Assembly (NCBI GenBank): GCA_052389555.1
Contig: JBQTHV010000015.1
Coordinates: 1,492-65,491, forward strand
Source of the DNA: Gemmatimonadales bacterium
Lineage (GTDB): Bacteria; Gemmatimonadota; Gemmatimonadetes; Gemmatimonadales; GWC2-71-9
Direction: 5' to 3'
Length of the DNA: 64,000 nucleotides
The notes below the pieces were generated by a model, which was given only the letters and a program-made list of their open reading frames with translations, ran no database searches and was not told where the DNA came from. Shown in pieces: positions 39,637-47,823 of the stretch (the stretch's first letter is position 1; each line of letters starts with the position of its first letter). The position numbers were made by a program, and so were the translations under genes.

Positions 39637-39792
39637 AGCTATCAGCTATCAGTCTTCAGTCTCAAGTCTTCAGTCATGAGTCAGCGGTAGGCAACTTGAG
39701 ACTGACGACTGACGACTGATAGCCGATAGCCGATAGCCGATAGCCGATAGCTGATACCTGATAGCGAAGAGGTATCTGATAGCTGATAGCTG
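39637..39792. repeat. compound heptamer-periodic hairpin array (AGCTATC/AGTCTTC arm vs CTGACGA/CCGATAG/CTGATAG arm)
   Basis: About 22 heptads in near-continuous 7-nt register between tRNA-Ser(GGA) and the msrP ATG (39802). Confidence 0.9.
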
Positions 39793-39801
39793 GGAGTCAC
39801 C

Positions 39802-40725
39802 ATGCTGATCCGCCGACGGCCCGACATCCCGAGTTCCGAAATCACCGACGAGAAGCTCTACTGGTCACGGCGGGAGTGGTTGACTGCGGCCGGGTTTGGG
39901 CTCGCGGTTCCGCTCGGGGGCGGTCGGGCGGTTGGGCGGTTGGGTGTTTGGGCTTCCGGCCAGAAGGACGGGCTCAAGCCGACGCCGTACGACCTCATTA
40001 CCAGCTACAACAACTTCTACGAGTTCGGCACCGGCAAAGACGACCCGAAGGCCAATGCGCACACCTTGCGGCCGCGCCCCTGGAGCATCGCGGTGGAGGG
40101 CCAGGTCAAACGGCCGGCGGTCTACGACCTCGACGAGTTCTTCAAGGGGATGGCGCCCGAGGAGCGGATCTATCGCCACCGCTGTGTCGAGACCTGGTCG
40201 ATGGTGGCGCCGTGGCTCGGCTATCCTTTGGGGGACCTCATCAAGCGGCTGGAGCCCACCGGCCGTGCCAAGTACGTGGAGTTCATCACGCTGCTCGATC
40301 CGGTGCAAATGCCGGGGCAACGGCGTCGAGTGCTCGACTGGCCCTACCTGGAGGGGTTGCGGATGGACGAGGCCATGCATCCGCTCACCCTCCTCACCGT
40401 GGGCGTCTATGGGAAGCCGCTGCCGAATCAGAACGGGGCGCCGGTCCGGCTGATCGTGCCGTGGAAGTACGGCTTCAAGGGCGGCAAATCGATCGTCAAG
40501 ATCCGGTTCGTGGAGAAGCAGCCACGGAATACCTGGAACATCGCGGCCCCCCACGAGTACGGCTTCTACGCCAACGTCAACCCGGCGGTGGACCATCCGC
40601 GCTGGAGCCAGGCGCGGGAACGTCCGCTGGGGCAGTTCTTCATGAAGCCCACCCTGCTGTTCAACGGCTACGTGGACCAGGTCGCGTCGCTCTACGCCGG
40701 GATGGACCTCCGGGTCAACTACTGA
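39802..40725 (+). CDS. msrP: protein-methionine-sulfoxide reductase catalytic subunit MsrP (YedY)
   Basis: Tat-like N-terminus [13 protein letters not shown] and family hallmark [17 protein letters not shown]. Confidence 0.9.
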   Translation: MLIRRRPDIPSSEITDEKLYWSRREWLTAAGFGLAVPLGGGRAVGRLGVWASGQKDGLKPTPYDLITSYNNFYEFGTGKDDPKANAHTLRPRPWSIAVEGQVKRPAVYDLDEFFKGMAPEERIYRHRCVETWSMVAPWLGYPLGDLIKRLEPTGRAKYVEFITLLDPVQMPGQRRRVLDWPYLEGLRMDEAMHPLTLLTVGVYGKPLPNQNGAPVRLIVPWKYGFKGGKSIVKIRFVEKQPRNTWNIAAPHEYGFYANVNPAVDHPRWSQARERPLGQFFMKPTLLFNGYVDQVASLYAGMDLRVNY

Positions 40726-40758
40726 GGTCCGAGGTGCGAGGGGCGAGGTCCGAGATAG
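40724..40758. repeat. heptamer tandem repeat GAGNNNN (5 units)
   Basis: gaggtcc gaggtgc gaggggc gaggtcc gagatag. It starts inside the msrP stop codon. Confidence 0.6.
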
Positions 40759-40774
40759 CGGACCAGGCGGACGC

Positions 40775-41416
40775 GTGACCGAAGCCCAGGCCATCCGTAG
40801 AGTGGTGAAGCCCGTCCTGTGGGCCGTGGGCGTAACCCCGCTGGCCTGGCAGGTGTGGGCGTTCTTCACGGGGCACCTCGAGGCCGAGCCGGTGAAGGGG
40901 ATGCAGCATTTCACCGGCCGCACCGCGCTGGTCATTCTGTTCATCACCCTCTCGGTGACCCCGCTGCGCCGGCTGACCGGCTGGAACCCGATCATCAAGG
41001 TACGGCGCCTGATCGGGTTGTTCGCCTTCTTCTACGCGCTGGTCCACTTCGGGATCTTCCTGGTATTCGACCTGGAGCTGTCGTTCGGGGACCTAACCCG
41101 CGAGGTGGTCAAGCGGCCCTGGATCACCGTGGGGTTCACCGCCCTGGTCCTGCTGGCCGTCCTCGCGGCGACCTCGCCCCAGGCCATGGTCCGCAAGCTG
41201 GGCAAGCGCTGGCGCACCCTGCACCGGCTGATCTATCCGGCTGCCGCGCTCGGAGTGCTGCACTTCCTCTGGGCCCAGAAGAAGGACATCCGGCTCCCCG
41301 TGATCTACGCGATCGTGCTGGCCGCGATTCTCGCGCTCCGCCTGGTTCCGGTGGCGTGGAGGCAGCCTCGCTTCCGGCCTTCGCCCAAGCCGAAACCAAT
41401 AGCCAATAGCCAATAG
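40775..41416 (+). CDS. msrQ: MsrQ (YedZ) heme-binding membrane subunit
   Basis: Ferric-reductase-like 6-TM pattern with conserved His (LVHFGIF, LHFLW). Sits downstream of msrP. Confidence 0.85.
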   Translation: MTEAQAIRRVVKPVLWAVGVTPLAWQVWAFFTGHLEAEPVKGMQHFTGRTALVILFITLSVTPLRRLTGWNPIIKVRRLIGLFAFFYALVHFGIFLVFDLELSFGDLTREVVKRPWITVGFTALVLLAVLAATSPQAMVRKLGKRWRTLHRLIYPAAALGVLHFLWAQKKDIRLPVIYAIVLAAILALRLVPVAWRQPRFRPSPKPKPIANSQ

Positions 41417-41437
41417 CCAATAGCCGATAGCCGGTTG
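41396..41437. repeat. heptamer tandem repeat CCAATAG x4 then CCGATAG, CCGGTTG
   Basis: It overlaps the last 6 codons and the TAG stop of msrQ. Same unit as 791-830. Confidence 0.8.
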
Positions 41438-41474
41438 CGGGGGGTCGGGGGTCGGGCTACCTTCCCGGCCCGCG

Positions 41475-42020
41475 ATGCCCTCGGCCGTCCGGCTCCTCGA
41501 TGCCACCGCCATGACAGAGATCCTCTCGCGCATGGCCGGCGAGATCGTCGAGCGCTGCGGATCGGCCGAGGGCATCGTGTTGGTAGGGATCCAGCGGCGC
41601 GGCGTGGAGCTGGCCCATCGTCTCGCGCGACGGATCGATGCGGTCCAGCACACCAGCATCCCCCTCGGCAAGCTCGACATCACCCTCTATCGCGACGACC
41701 TCTCCGCGGTCGGCCCGCGGCCCCGGGTTGGCCATACCGACTTGCCGGTGGAGATCGAGGGCCGGGTCGTAGTGCTCGTGGATGACGTCCTCTATACTGG
41801 CCGTACCGTGCGCGCCGCGCTCGATGAGCTCGCCGACTTCGGCCGCCCCCGCCGCATTCTGCTCGCGGTGCTGATCGACCGTGGCGGCCGCGAGCTCCCC
41901 ATTCAGGCCGACGTCATCGGGCAGACCGTGGCCACCACGGGGCAAGATCGAGTGGACGTGGCCGTAAGCGAGCTGGATGGACACGACTCGGTCGAGTTGG
42001 TCAAGGAGCGTGGAGCGTGA
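41475..42020 (+). CDS. pyrR: bifunctional pyr operon regulator / uracil phosphoribosyltransferase PyrR
   Basis: PRTase motif [14 protein letters not shown]. 181 aa, sits upstream of pyrB. Confidence 0.9.
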   Translation: MPSAVRLLDATAMTEILSRMAGEIVERCGSAEGIVLVGIQRRGVELAHRLARRIDAVQHTSIPLGKLDITLYRDDLSAVGPRPRVGHTDLPVEIEGRVVVLVDDVLYTGRTVRAALDELADFGRPRRILLAVLIDRGGRELPIQADVIGQTVATTGQDRVDVAVSELDGHDSVELVKERGA

Positions 42021-42967
42021 ATCTCGGCAAGGACCTCGTTGGTCTCGAGTACTTGAGTGCCGACCAGATCCGCCTCATCCTGGATACCGCCGAGCCGTTC
42101 AAAGAGGTGAGCGAGCGGCCCATCAAAAAGGTCCCGGCGCTCCGCGGCAAGACCATCGTGAATCTGTTCTACGAGCCCTCGACCCGCACCCGGATCTCCT
42201 TCGAGTTCGCTGAGAAACGCCTGTCGGCGGACACGGTGAACGTGGCGACCGACGTTTCCTCCGTCTCCAAGGGCGAGAACCTGGTCGATACCGCGCGGAA
42301 TCTCGAGGCGATGCGGATCGACATGGTGGTCATCCGCCATCCCTCGAGCGGCGCCGCGCAGTTCCTGGCGTCCCGGATTCGCTCCAACGTGATCAACGCG
42401 GGCGACGGCAAGCATGAGCATCCCACCCAAGGGCTGTTGGATCTCCTCACTCTGCGCGACCGATTCGGTCGGATCGAAGGGCTCAAGGTCGCGATTTGCG
42501 GGGACGTGATGCACAGCCGGGTGGCCCGGAGCAACATCTGGGGCCTCCTCAAGCTCGGTGCCGAGGTGGCGGTGTGCGGCCCGGCGACCCTGATCCCGCG
42601 CGAGCTGGCCCAGCTCGGGGTGCAGATCCTTCCGCGCATCGAGGACGCGATCGGCTGGGCCGATGCGCTCAACGTGCTGCGGCTCCAGCTCGAGCGCATG
42701 GAAGCGGGTTATGTCCCGTCGCTGCGCGAATACAACCGCGTCTTCGGTGTCACGCGGGATCGGCTGGCCCGCGCCCCGAGGGACCTCGTCATCCTGCATC
42801 CAGGCCCGATGAATCGCGGGGTCGAGATCGATAGTGACGTGGCGGACGGCCCCCACAGCGTCATCCTTCCCCAGGTCACCAATGGGGTCGCGGTGCGGAT
42901 GGCGGTGCTCTACCTCCTCGCCGGCGGCGGCCCCGACTGGCGGGCGCCCGCCGGAGACGAGCGGTGA
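42017..42967 (+). CDS. pyrB: aspartate carbamoyltransferase catalytic subunit
   Basis: [11 protein letters not shown] and [10 protein letters not shown] signatures. Confidence 0.95.
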   Translation: MNLGKDLVGLEYLSADQIRLILDTAEPFKEVSERPIKKVPALRGKTIVNLFYEPSTRTRISFEFAEKRLSADTVNVATDVSSVSKGENLVDTARNLEAMRIDMVVIRHPSSGAAQFLASRIRSNVINAGDGKHEHPTQGLLDLLTLRDRFGRIEGLKVAICGDVMHSRVARSNIWGLLKLGAEVAVCGPATLIPRELAQLGVQILPRIEDAIGWADALNVLRLQLERMEAGYVPSLREYNRVFGVTRDRLARAPRDLVILHPGPMNRGVEIDSDVADGPHSVILPQVTNGVAVRMAVLYLLAGGGPDWRAPAGDER

Positions 42968-44313
42968 ATCCCCTGCTGATCCGCGGGGGACGGGTCATCG
43001 ACCCTTCGCGCGACTTCGATGCACCCGCCGACCTGCTCATCAAGGGCGGCCGGATCGAAGCAGTCGGCCGCAACCTCCCGCTCGAGCCGGGAACGGAAAC
43101 GATCGACGCCTCGGGGAAAGTGGTCGCGCCGGGCCTGATCGATCTCCACGTCCATCTGCGCGAACCGGGGTTCGAGCACGCCGAAACGATCGCGAGCGGC
43201 GCCGCGGCCGCCGTGGCGGGCGGGTTCACCACCGTGTGCGCGATGCCTAACACGGACCCGGTGACCGACAGTCCGGCCTCGGTCGGCTTCGTGCTGCGCC
43301 AGGCGATTCGCGCCGGGCTCGCGCGCGTGTATCCCATCGGGGCGGTCTCCCTCGCTCAGAAAGGCGAGCAGCTGACCGAGTTCGGCGAGCTGGTCCAGGC
43401 GGGCGCCGTCGCGGTCAGTGACGACGGCAATCCGGTGCGCACCAGCCATCTCATGCGCACGGCACTCGAATACGCGAAGACCTTCGGTATCCCCGTGGCC
43501 GACCACTGCGAGGATCTCTCCCTCTCGCAAGGTGGATCCATGCACGAGGGGATCGTCTCGGTGCGGCTGGGCCTCAAGGGCATCCCCGCGGCGGCGGAGG
43601 AGATCATCGTGGCGCGAGACATTCTCCTGGCCGGGCTGACCGGAGGTCACGTTCACCTCTGCCACATTTCTACTCGAGGATCGGTCGGACTCATCCGCCG
43701 GGCCAAGGAGCAAGGCATCCCGGTCACTGCCGAGGCGACACCCCATCACTTCACCCTCACGCACGAGCGGTGTGATGGGTATGACACCAACGCCAAAATG
43801 AATCCGCCGCTTCGTGAGGCCGCCGACCGCGACGCGATTCGTGAAGGCCTCCGCGATGGAACCATCGACTGCATCGCGACCGACCACGCGCCGCACCACT
43901 ACGACGCCAAAGAGCGGGAGTTCGACGAGGCCCCGAACGGCATCATTGGGCTCGAGACTGCCCTTGGCCTGGGAATTCGAGAGCTGGTGGAGCCCGGCCA
44001 CCTGTCCTTGCCCGAGCTGATTGGCCGCATGAGCACGATTCCGGCCCGGGTCTTTCAGCTCGGCGGGGGCACCCTGGCCATCGGTGCGCCCGCGGACGTG
44101 GTGGTTTTTGATCCAAGCCGGCGGTGGGTGTTCCGCAAGGAAGCGCTCCGATCCCTGAGCGCTAACTCCCCCTTTCTGGGGGAGACCATGGTGGGACAGG
44201 TGGACCTGACGCTGGTGGGCGGGAGGATTGTGTTCGACATCCGGGCCGTCAGGTTAGTGGCACCAATATACTTGACACACCACGGCCCTGATGGTATCTT
44301 GGGGTATGCTTAA
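42964..44313 (+). CDS. pyrC: dihydroorotase (C-terminal tail rewritten by IS insertion)
   Basis: Metal-binding [10 protein letters not shown] and the DHAPH motif. The last 17 codons read into the IS left end (see findings). Confidence 0.9.
   Translation: MNPLLIRGGRVIDPSRDFDAPADLLIKGGRIEAVGRNLPLEPGTETIDASGKVVAPGLIDLHVHLREPGFEHAETIASGAAAAVAGGFTTVCAMPNTDPVTDSPASVGFVLRQAIRAGLARVYPIGAVSLAQKGEQLTEFGELVQAGAVAVSDDGNPVRTSHLMRTALEYAKTFGIPVADHCEDLSLSQGGSMHEGIVSVRLGLKGIPAAAEEIIVARDILLAGLTGGHVHLCHISTRGSVGLIRRAKEQGIPVTAEATPHHFTLTHERCDGYDTNAKMNPPLREAADRDAIREGLRDGTIDCIATDHAPHHYDAKEREFDEAPNGIIGLETALGLGIRELVEPGHLSLPELIGRMSTIPARVFQLGGGTLAIGAPADVVVFDPSRRWVFRKEALRSLSANSPFLGETMVGQVDLTLVGGRIVFDIRAVRLVAPIYLTHHGPDGILGYA
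44251..44258. repeat. target-site duplication, left copy (AGGTTAGT)
   Basis: An identical 8-mer directly flanks the outer ends of both terminal IRs. Confidence 0.75.
44259..44285. repeat. IS terminal inverted repeat, left (IR-L)
   Basis: ggcaccaatatacttgacacaccacgg. Confidence 0.8.
44272..44300 (+). promoter_or_regulatory. putative sigma70-type promoter of the transposase gene
   Basis: TTGACA (44272-77), 17 nt, TATCTT (44295-300). The ATG lies only 5 nt further on, so the mRNA would be leaderless or near-leaderless. Confidence 0.4.
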
Positions 44314-45280
44314 GTTTCCTCATACTCCCGTCACCCTGGCCGACGCCATTACTTACTTCGCGGACCAGGACAACGCGCTCCGGTTTCTGGCCGAATTGCG
44401 CTGGCCAGACGGCGTGAAATGCCCCCATTGCGGGGCCGATGATCCCGGCTTCCTGGCCTCCCGACGCATCTGGAAGTGCCGGGCGAAGGAATGCCGGAAA
44501 CAGTTCTCCATCAAAGTGGGGACGATCTTCGAGGATTCCCCGCTCGGGCTCGACAAGTGGCTCCCGGCCCTCTGGCTGCTCGCCAACAGCAAGAACGGCA
44601 TTTCGAGTTACGAGCTGGCCCGCGCCCTCGACGTGACCCAAAAGACTGCGTGGTTCATGCTCGGGCGCATCCGGGCGGCGATGGCGACCCGGACCTTTGC
44701 GCGATTCGAGGGCGAGATTGAGATGGACGAGGCATTCTTCGGCGGGCTTTACAAGAACATGCACCAGTCGAAGCGGAAGCGGCTCGGCTCCGGGCAGGGT
44801 CAGCGGAACAAGATCGGTGTCTTGGGCGTTCTCCAGCGGCCCAAGACTCGGAGCCATGTGAGCCAATTCCAGGGCTCGGTGATCGGCCCCGACCGGGAGA
44901 TGAAGCATCTCGGGCTCCGGGTGCGCTCGCTGGTGCAGGAAGGGAGCCGCCTCTATACCGACGAGGACAAACACTACCAACTGCTCCAGCAGCGCTACAT
45001 CCGAGAGATCATCAATCACGCTCGGGAGTACGTCCGCGGGAAGGTCCACACCAATGGCGTTGAGAACTTCTGGAGCCTGTTGAAGCGCACCATTAAAGGC
45101 ACCTACGTGAGCGTGGACCCGTTCCATTTCTTCCGCTACCTCGATGAGCAGGTGTTCCGGTTCAATAACCGGCGAGCCAGCGACGGAGACCGCTTCGTGG
45201 CGATGGTAGATTCCCTGCTCGGCACTCGGCTGACCTGGAAGGGACTCACCGGCAAGGACATGAGTCCGGCTACGACGTGA
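44306..45280 (+). CDS. IS1595-family transposase (ISXO2-like)
   Basis: N-terminal transposase zinc ribbon (LRWPDGVKCPHCG...WKCRAKECRKQFS), then ISXO2-like DDE region (EMDEAFFGG.., LYTDEDKHY, HTNGVENFWSLLKR). Confidence 0.9.
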   Translation: MLKFPHTPVTLADAITYFADQDNALRFLAELRWPDGVKCPHCGADDPGFLASRRIWKCRAKECRKQFSIKVGTIFEDSPLGLDKWLPALWLLANSKNGISSYELARALDVTQKTAWFMLGRIRAAMATRTFARFEGEIEMDEAFFGGLYKNMHQSKRKRLGSGQGQRNKIGVLGVLQRPKTRSHVSQFQGSVIGPDREMKHLGLRVRSLVQEGSRLYTDEDKHYQLLQQRYIREIINHAREYVRGKVHTNGVENFWSLLKRTIKGTYVSVDPFHFFRYLDEQVFRFNNRRASDGDRFVAMVDSLLGTRLTWKGLTGKDMSPATT

Positions 45281-45331
45281 CGCGGCCCGCAAGCCTCAAC
45301 TGAGACGGGGGCCACGACGAAAGAGGAAGCC

Positions 45332-45478
45332 ATGAAACCGACTCACAAGGCTCCGGCGGAAACGCCGGGGCCGTCGGCCTTTGAGCGGATGCGAGAACTG
45401 ACGCGACGGATCATCAATGTCCCGAAGTCTGAGATTCCTCCCAAACCAAAAGCCAAACAAAAGAGGCGACGAGCCTAG
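45332..45478 (+). CDS. possible 48-aa basic protein inside the IS
   Basis: SD gaaagaggaag 3 nt before the ATG. MKPTHKAPAETPGPSAFERMRELTRRIINVPKSEIPPKPKAKQKRRRA. The 3' end overlaps the RelA/SpoT stop by 4 nt, convergently. Too short for the ORF track. Confidence 0.35.
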   Translation: MKPTHKAPAETPGPSAFERMRELTRRIINVPKSEIPPKPKAKQKRRRA

Positions 45479-46605
45479 GCAAGAGCCTCCCGCAATTCGG
45501 CCATAAAGGCGGTCGTATCAGCGTAGAAACTCGGGTAAGCCTGCCTTAGAGCGCGTATTGAGGCCACCGATACCAATACGGCGTGTCTTTGCGGATCGCG
45601 GATGATCTGCTTTTCAATCTCGGCATAATCAGTCTCCGCCTTCTGTTGCGCGTCCAATGTGTACTGATGCCAGAACAATTCGCCCTTCGCAATATCAAGC
45701 GTTAGCAGGAAGGTGCGGGCCCCTGAAATCTTCTCGGGCCGCGATTCAGTAACGATCATGCTCCAGGCAGAGAATCGCTTCTCAACCTGCAAGGCCCCCG
45801 CAATCTGACGTAGCTCTTTCTTAATAGCCGTCACCCGCAGGGGAAGGCCTGGCGGAACTGGTCGCCGCTCTTTGAGGGCGAACACTCCGCCCATCAATAA
45901 GAAAAAACGCTTCCACGGCTCTTCCCCCACGCTCGATTTCAACGCCTGAGTAGTGAATAGATCCACCGTCTCAACTGCCGTTGCCCATTCGTGCTGGAGG
46001 CGAGATCGAAGCTGCACTTCAACTCTCAAGCCGTGGAACTTGTCGTATTTCGCGTATTGGGTATGATATTTGGAGACTAGGTGGATTCCTCGGTATCCGT
46101 CAGCTTTGGGATTCTTGATGTAATCGTATCTTTCAATCAACTCCGATTGGTGCTTCTGGCGACGTTCGGAAGCCCGACGATAGGCTTCATCTAGACGTTC
46201 GACCATTTGATTGGTTCGGAGAACGGCTCGGCAACCACCAATATCCTGCATCTGGGCAAGTTTCATCCTGCGAAAACGTCGCAGTTTTGTTAGTATGGCG
46301 ATCATCCTCTTGAGCCGTTGGGAAATGAGAGCTTCCCTGTCAACCTTCCTCGCACGGTCCATCAATGTGATGCGAGCTGAAAGCAGCGGCCAACTATGGG
46401 ATGAGCGCCAATTGCTGATGATCTTGAATGCCTCATCTGTCTTGCCTAGGAACTGGTGGAACTCATCTTTGCTATCAAAACCTGGGGGACGACTCTCCAG
46501 CTCGTGAGCCAAGTAATCGCCCGCTGCGTCAACCTTGGTACGGGAGAATTGCGGAGTGACCCAAGCCACCTCAGACAGCCTCGGACGAGGGGGAGCGATC
46601 AACAT
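45475..46605 (-). CDS. RelA/SpoT-domain nucleotide pyrophosphokinase (small alarmone synthetase / toxSAS-like) with about 160-aa C-terminal domain of unknown function
   Basis: Synthetase motifs RLKRMIAILTKL, MQDIGGCRAV, ADGYRGIHLV and EVQLRSRLQHEWA. No hydrolase (HD) domain. About half G+C by eye. Confidence 0.85.
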   Translation of the reverse strand: MLIAPPRPRLSEVAWVTPQFSRTKVDAAGDYLAHELESRPPGFDSKDEFHQFLGKTDEAFKIISNWRSSHSWPLLSARITLMDRARKVDREALISQRLKRMIAILTKLRRFRRMKLAQMQDIGGCRAVLRTNQMVERLDEAYRRASERRQKHQSELIERYDYIKNPKADGYRGIHLVSKYHTQYAKYDKFHGLRVEVQLRSRLQHEWATAVETVDLFTTQALKSSVGEEPWKRFFLLMGGVFALKERRPVPPGLPLRVTAIKKELRQIAGALQVEKRFSAWSMIVTESRPEKISGARTFLLTLDIAKGELFWHQYTLDAQQKAETDYAEIEKQIIRDPQRHAVLVSVASIRALRQAYPSFYADTTAFMAELREALA

Positions 46606-46615
46606 AACCCCTCAG

Positions 46616-46642
46616 CCCTGGTGTGTCTAGTAAGTTGGTGCC
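46616..46642. repeat. IS terminal inverted repeat, right (IR-R)
   Basis: ccctggtgtgtctagtaagttggtgcc. Its reverse complement, ggcaccaacttactagacacaccaggg, matches IR-L. Confidence 0.8.
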
Positions 46643-46650
46643 AGGTTAGT
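46643..46650. repeat. target-site duplication, right copy (AGGTTAGT)
   Basis: Identical to 44251-44258. Confidence 0.75.
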
Positions 46651-46745
46651 TGACGGCTTGGATCTGAACAGGTTTCGCGCAGGCCGATAGGCATTAGATT
46701 GAATTGACTTAGCCCGCCCAGCCGGCTGCTCCCAGAGGGAAGGCA

Positions 46746-47681
46746 ATGAAGGACTCGAAGTCACACGACTTGTCCGACATCGAGAGTTTGCTGGCCGGCC
46801 GCCAGCAGTTGACCGAGTGGCTCGAGCGCCTGGAGGAGGCTGGGTCGCGAGCGCCCGAATCGGTGCGTACCAAGGTACGGGCCGACTACCAGGGACGTCT
46901 GGCCCAGGTGGTGAACCAGCTCGGCGCTCATCGGGACGTGATCAACACGACCCTCGAGGGGCTGCGAGCGCAATCTCAAGAAACCAACCAGCTTCGGCGG
47001 GAGCAGCTCGAAGTCCGGGCTGAAGCAGAGCTTCGCCACGCAGTCGGCGAATACAGCGACGATCAGTGGCAACTGATTGATCTGGAGACGACCGGGCGAA
47101 TCAATGGCCTGGAGCACGAGCTGGAGAAGCTCGCCGAGGAAATCCGGCGGCTCGCTGAAGTTTATGCGCTGATCGCGCCGCCGCAGCCGGAGCAGCGCCC
47201 CGCTGCCTCCGTCGAGCGCCGGACGCCGAGCGGCGACTTACCGAGCGCGGAGCGCCGAGCGCCGAGTGTCGAGCCGCGAGTCTCCGAACCCGAGTCGCCG
47301 CCGGTCCCCACCGGTCCCCGACTGGTGAGCGACGATGGGCTGACTCCGGCTCCGCGTCCCGAGGCGCCACGATTTGTGCCTCGTGGGGCTGTCCCGGCAG
47401 CTCGGGAGCCCGCTCAGCCACGCGCCCCGCGAGTTACCCCGATGCCGGCGCCTGCCAGTCAGGGCGCCGACGACGAGCTCGCGTTTCTGCGCTCGGTGAA
47501 TGTCGAAATCGAAGCGTCCCCTCACCCGGCCGCCACGAATCAGGAGGGGAGCGGGCAGGAAACGGAAGTGCGGAAGGGCCCCACGGCCGCCAAGACCCTG
47601 AAGTGCGGCGAGTGCGGTTCGCTCAACCGGCCGACCGAATGGTACTGCGAGCGGTGTGGGGCGGAGCTGGCCGCGGTCTGA
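46746..47681 (+). CDS. coiled-coil / low-complexity protein with C-terminal zinc ribbon
   Basis: N-terminal heptad-rich helices, a Pro/Arg/Glu-rich middle and C-terminal KCGECGSLNRPTEWYCERCG. Confidence 0.7.
   Translation: MKDSKSHDLSDIESLLAGRQQLTEWLERLEEAGSRAPESVRTKVRADYQGRLAQVVNQLGAHRDVINTTLEGLRAQSQETNQLRREQLEVRAEAELRHAVGEYSDDQWQLIDLETTGRINGLEHELEKLAEEIRRLAEVYALIAPPQPEQRPAASVERRTPSGDLPSAERRAPSVEPRVSEPESPPVPTGPRLVSDDGLTPAPRPEAPRFVPRGAVPAAREPAQPRAPRVTPMPAPASQGADDELAFLRSVNVEIEASPHPAATNQEGSGQETEVRKGPTAAKTLKCGECGSLNRPTEWYCERCGAELAAV
47212..47296. repeat. heptamer-periodic CCGAGNN tract inside the coding region
   Basis: tcgagcg ccggacg ccgagcg ... ccgagcg ccgagtg tcgagcc gcgagtc. Encodes SVERRTPSGDLPSAERRAPSVEPRVSEPES. 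Confidence 0.6.
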
Positions 47682-47689
47682 CTTGAAGG

Positions 47690-47735
47690 GGAGGTAGTAA
47701 GCAGGAGGTAGTAAGCAGGAGGTAGTGAGCAGGGA
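47690..47735. repeat. 14-mer tandem repeat (GGAGGTAGTAAGCA x3), left arm of a split hairpin
   Basis: 47704-47735 pairs 30/32 with 48203-48234. Confidence 0.85.
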
Positions 47736-47823
47736 CCTCGACTGCGATGATCTGGACCAGCTAGAGGGTTCTTTGCGTTAGAACGGTTACTCATCCGCCC
47801 TGGCCGCGCAGTAGCTTGGCTGC

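Larger units (their letters stand above)
44259..46642 (+). mobile_element. IS1595-family (ISXO2-like) transporter IS carrying a RelA/SpoT cargo gene
   Basis: 27-bp terminal IRs match at 23/27 positions, flanked by an 8-bp direct repeat. Encodes a zinc-ribbon plus ISXO2-like DDE transposase. G+C is visibly lower than the flanks. Confidence 0.8.

Noticed and set aside
39637-39792. Regularly spaced short repeats at this and the other array loci, considered as possible CRISPR arrays.
   Set aside because: Units are 7-14 nt and contiguous, with no 25-40-nt unique spacers. Arms are mutually complementary. No cas genes are in the window.
41417-41474. PyrR-binding attenuator upstream of pyrR-pyrB.
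   Set aside because: There is no UCCAGAGAGG-type binding loop. The short spacer is occupied by the CCAATAG/CCGATAG repeat and a G-rich tract.
44255-44275. TGGCAC within IR-L, considered as a sigma-54 -24 element.
   Set aside because: The required GC/TTGC -12 element at the correct 4-5-nt spacing is absent (tggcac caata tact). The sigma70-like TTGACA-17-TATCTT reading fits better.
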